Assembly: GCA_965242725.1 (NCBI GenBank)
Contig: CBDESZ010000016.1
Coordinates: 128,001 to 192,000 of the forward strand
Length of the DNA: 64,000 nt
Origin: Alkalispirochaeta sp.
GTDB taxonomy: Bacteria; Spirochaetota; Spirochaetia; DSM-27196; Alkalispirochaetaceae
Direction of reading: 5' to 3'
Positions 58,940 to 64,000 of this stretch are shown here, in pieces. The stretch's first letter is position 1. Each line of letters opens with the position of its first letter. Under the pieces are notes generated by a model, which saw nothing but the letters and a program-made list of their open reading frames with translations, had not been told where the DNA came from and ran no database searches. Both the position numbers and the translations under genes were made by a program.

Positions 58940-59539
58940 TTACTCGTCAATGGTCGCCGTAATTGTTCCACGTGAAACATTTTTTAACCCTTCCTGCAGT
59001 GACGTCACGACGCTTCGGTCGATGGTTCCGCGGATTATTACTTCCTCAGTAAAACCCTCGTCGCCGATCTCTCCACCGTGCTGTTCCAGGAGCGTCCGTA
59101 CCGTATTGTGCAGCTCGTATGGGATTTCGATTGTGAACGTTACAAGATCGCGTTTTTTCGTCGTTTTCAATACACCAAAGGCACCCTTGGCTGCGTCGCC
59201 GTAGGCATGGACGAGCCCGCCGGTACCGAGCTTCGTTCCGCCGAAGTACCGTACCACCGTTATCACACAATCCGTGACGTCACTTCCCTTCATGACTTCC
59301 AGGACGGGTCTCCCGGCCGTTCCTTTTGGTTCACCGTCGTCGCTCATTCCAAACTGTCTGGACGATGTATCTCCTATGGAAAAGGCATACACCACATGTG
59401 CGGCTTCCGGATGTTCGTCTCTGCGCTGTTGTATCTTTTCTTCTGCGGTCGCTCTGTCGGCACATCCCTCAATCTCTGCGATGAATCGGGAGCGCTTGAT
59501 TTCGATTTCGTAGCGGGCATTATCCGCGGGGATTTTCAT
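58940..59539 (-). CDS. yigZ: YigZ/IMPACT-family protein
   Basis: IKRSRF, SDDGEPKGTAGRP, VVRYFGGTKLGTGGL. Confidence 0.95.
   Translation of the reverse strand: MKIPADNARYEIEIKRSRFIAEIEGCADRATAEEKIQQRRDEHPEAAHVVYAFSIGDTSSRQFGMSDDGEPKGTAGRPVLEVMKGSDVTDCVITVVRYFGGTKLGTGGLVHAYGDAAKGAFGVLKTTKKRDLVTFTIEIPYELHNTVRTLLEQHGGEIGDEGFTEEVIIRGTIDRSVVTSLQEGLKNVSRGTITATIDE
58964..58979. promoter_or_regulatory. parS site inside the yigZ 3' end
   Basis: TGTTCCACGTGAAACA. Confidence 0.85.
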
Positions 59540-59739
59540 GATTCCCTACTGTCCACAACCGTGCGGGTGGACACGGCATAACGTATTGTAAATAGCTCAT
59601 TTCGCCGCGGCGACTTCGGTAAACCTATTCCATCCAGGCTATGTACCCGCAATTTCCTGGTAGACCGGGACATGTACAGGCGGCCGTCCCACGGTTGTGG
59701 ACACTGAACTCACGTCGCCGGCGCTCCGGGGATAGCGCT

Positions 59740-62343
59740 CTACGCATCTCCCCGTTCGGTATCGGCCTGTGTTCCCTCGGATCCGGCTTCCGTACCGTTG
59801 TTCGATTCGCCACCGGATTCCTTGTCAACTCCGGAGGAATCGGCGTCAGAACCATTTCCGCCTTCGATATCGCTGTCCGCGTCTTCATCGTCGCTTTCCT
59901 GAAGTTTGGCAACACCAACGACGTAGTCGGGACGGCCGACGTTCATGACGGATACACCCCGGGCGTTCCGACCCTGAAGGGATACATCTTCCGCGCGAAG
60001 CCGGATCGTCACACCCTGGGCGGAAACGGCGATAAAGTCGTCACCATCCATGACGGGGAGAACCGCTACCACCTCGCCTGTACCGCCTCCGTCGGACGCT
60101 TCGGTGACCGAGAATGCCCGCATTCCCTGTCCGCCCCGTCCGTGAAGGGTAAACTCCGCAAAGGAGGTTCGTTTTCCCGAGCCGTATTCGGTGATCAGGA
60201 GCACATATCCGTCGTCGGGGGCGAGACACGCTCCTGCAATTTCATCTCCCCGTCGAAGTTTCAGACCCCGCACACCCCGTGTATTCCGTCCCATGGTGCG
60301 GACGTCCTCTTCAACGATGCGCAGTCCCTGGCCTTTGCGGCTTACCAGCAGAACCTTATCCTCTCCGGAGGTGAGCATCACCGAGACGAGTCGATCGCCG
60401 TCAACGAGCTGTATCGCCCGTATGCCCCGCCGGCGGGCGTTGACAAAGGCGTTGCTCTTGATTTTCACCACCTGTCCGTGGGCGGTGGCAAAAAAGATAT
60501 TCACATTCGGATCAAACTCCTTGAGCGGCAGAACCGACGCGATGTCCTCATCGGCGGCGATCTCGAGCAGACTCTTGATGTGAGTGCCTTTTGCCTGGGG
60601 TGACGCTTCCGGGATTTCATGAACCTTCAGGTAATAGGCCTTACCGGCGCTGGTGAAGATCATGACATGATCGTGGGTGGAGCCGATAAAGACGTGTTCG
60701 ATAAAGTCGTCGTCCCGAAGGTTGCTCGATGAGTTGCGTCCGCGGCCGCCACGTCCCTGGGTACGATAGGTACTGTAGGCAAGGCGTTTCACATAGCCAC
60801 GGTGGCTGACGATCACCACCATGTCTTCCCGTTGAATGAGGTCCTCAATGTCGATGGACTCGATTTCGCTGTACTCAATGGTTGTGCGCCGTTCGTCGCC
60901 GTACTTCTCGGCGATTTCGTAGGTCTCCCGCTTAATGAGGGCCCGCAGCTTCTCTTCACTGCCAAGGAGTTCCTTCAGTTCTCGAATCAGCGCCCTGACT
61001 TCCTCAAGTTCATCAATTATTTTCTTTGTCTCCAGATTTGTTAGTTTCTGGAGGCGCATGTCGAGAATCGCCCTGTGCCTGTCGCTCCGAGAGCTCAAAT
61101 CGGCTCATGAGGGCGTTTCGCGCCGTTTCCACGTCGGCGGACTCTCGTATCGTCCTGATGACCTCGTCCAGGTTGTCCAGCGCGATTTTCAGTCCGATGA
61201 GGATGTGTTCCCGTTCCTCAGCCTTGCGAAGGTCGAATTTCGTCCGCCGGATCACCACCTCGTGACGGTGATCGATGAAGGCCTTCAGCATGTCCCGGAG
61301 GGTGAGAACCTTCGGTCGACCGTCCACGAGGGCAAGGGCGTTCACGTTGAAGTTGACCTGCATCTGGGTGTGGGTGAAGAGCTGATTGAGAATGACCTTC
61401 ACATTGGTATCTTTTTTCAGCTCGATGATGATGCGCATTCCGTTCCGGTCCGACTCATCTCGCAGGTCTGCGATTCCCTCGATCTTCCGGTCCCGGACAA
61501 GCTCGGCGATGCGGGTAATGAGCGTCGCCTTGTTCACCATGTACGGAATCTCGTGGACGACGATGACGTCCCGGCCCCGCTTGTTTTCTTCAATGACAAA
61601 GCGCGCCCGCACGGGAATGCGCCCCTTGCCGCTCCGGTACGCCGCCTTGATTCCCCGGGTACCGTAAATGATTCCGCCCGTGGGAAAATCGGGACCTTTT
61701 ATATAGGCATTGAGCTCTTCATTGGATATGTCGTCCTTGTCCAGCATTGCCGCCACACCGTCGGCGATCTCCCGGAGGTTGTGGGGAGCCATATTGGTCG
61801 CCATACCGACGGCGATACCCGAGGCACCGTTGGCGAGGAGATAGGGAAATGCCGCGGGGAGAACGAGGGGTTCTTCGTCCGAGTCGTCGTAGTTCGGACC
61901 AAAGTCGACAGTCTCCTTGTTGATGTCCCGGAGCATCTCCTCGGCGACGCGGTGCATCCGCGCCTCGGTGTACCGCATGGCCGCGGGAGGATCGCCGTCC
62001 ACCGATCCGAAGTTCCCCTGACCGTCCACCACGGGGGTAACGCATGGAGAATACCTGGGCAAGCCGGACGAGGGCGTCATAGACACTCTGGTCGCCGTGG
62101 GGGATGGTATTTTCCCAGAACGTCTCCGACGATGCGCGCCGCTTTCTTGTAGGCCCGGTCGGAGCGAAGTCCCATGGCGTTCATTCCATAGAGGATTCGC
62201 CGGTGGACCGGTTTCAGCCCGTCCCGGACGTCGGGCAATGCCCGGCTGACGATGACGGACATCGCGTAATTGAGATAGCTCTCCCGTACTTCATCCTCAA
62301 TCGCGACGGGTATGACGCGACCGGTCATGTGACTGTCAGACAT
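59740..62343 (-). CDS. gyrA: DNA gyrase subunit A (three apparent +1 frameshifts, likely sequencing errors)
   Basis: [26 protein letters not shown], GyrA-box QGRGGRG, acidic tail; reconstructs by removing one base each at about 62101, 62035 and 61072. Confidence 0.95.
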
Positions 62344-62429
62344 TCTGTACTCCTCGTAACGCGACGACTATCGATTGATCGTAAGTTCGAACGTCGCTGC
62401 AGGCGCGGTGGTTATGACGATCAGCGGAA

Positions 62430-64000
<1,571 letters not shown>

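Overview
Origin-proximal chromosomal segment of a GC-rich bacterium, most likely a free-living spirochaete (Spirochaetia). The evidence for this is spirochaete-style signal peptides (AGGQKE/AAGSVE), the GyrB motif [12 protein letters not shown] and a tRNA-Arg(GCG). From left to right the window holds: a hybrid kinase/response regulator/adenylate cyclase module; a four-gene type III PKS cluster; a complete siaABCD c-di-GMP operon; a ROK-regulated 12-13 gene sugar-catabolic operon with tandem OYE-family flavoenzymes; and a lower-GC accessory region (about 32.7-40.4 kb). Housekeeping genes follow: dnaX-ybaB-recR, ffs, all four tRNA-Ser isoacceptors plus tRNA-Arg, parAB with three parS sites, add, yigZ, gyrA and gyrB. 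The best novelty candidate is an integrase-less integron cassette array at about 35.6-38.4 kb. It has attC sites with perfectly matching core/inverse-core ends. It carries an HNH-nuclease cassette and a self-promotered, translationally coupled two-gene cassette of unknown function (a membrane protein plus a soluble protein), next to a MazEF-type TA pair. This is a candidate new anti-phage system. gyrA and gyrB are broken by five +1 homopolymer insertions that look like sequencing errors. All protein-family calls come from motif recognition by eye; no database searches were run.
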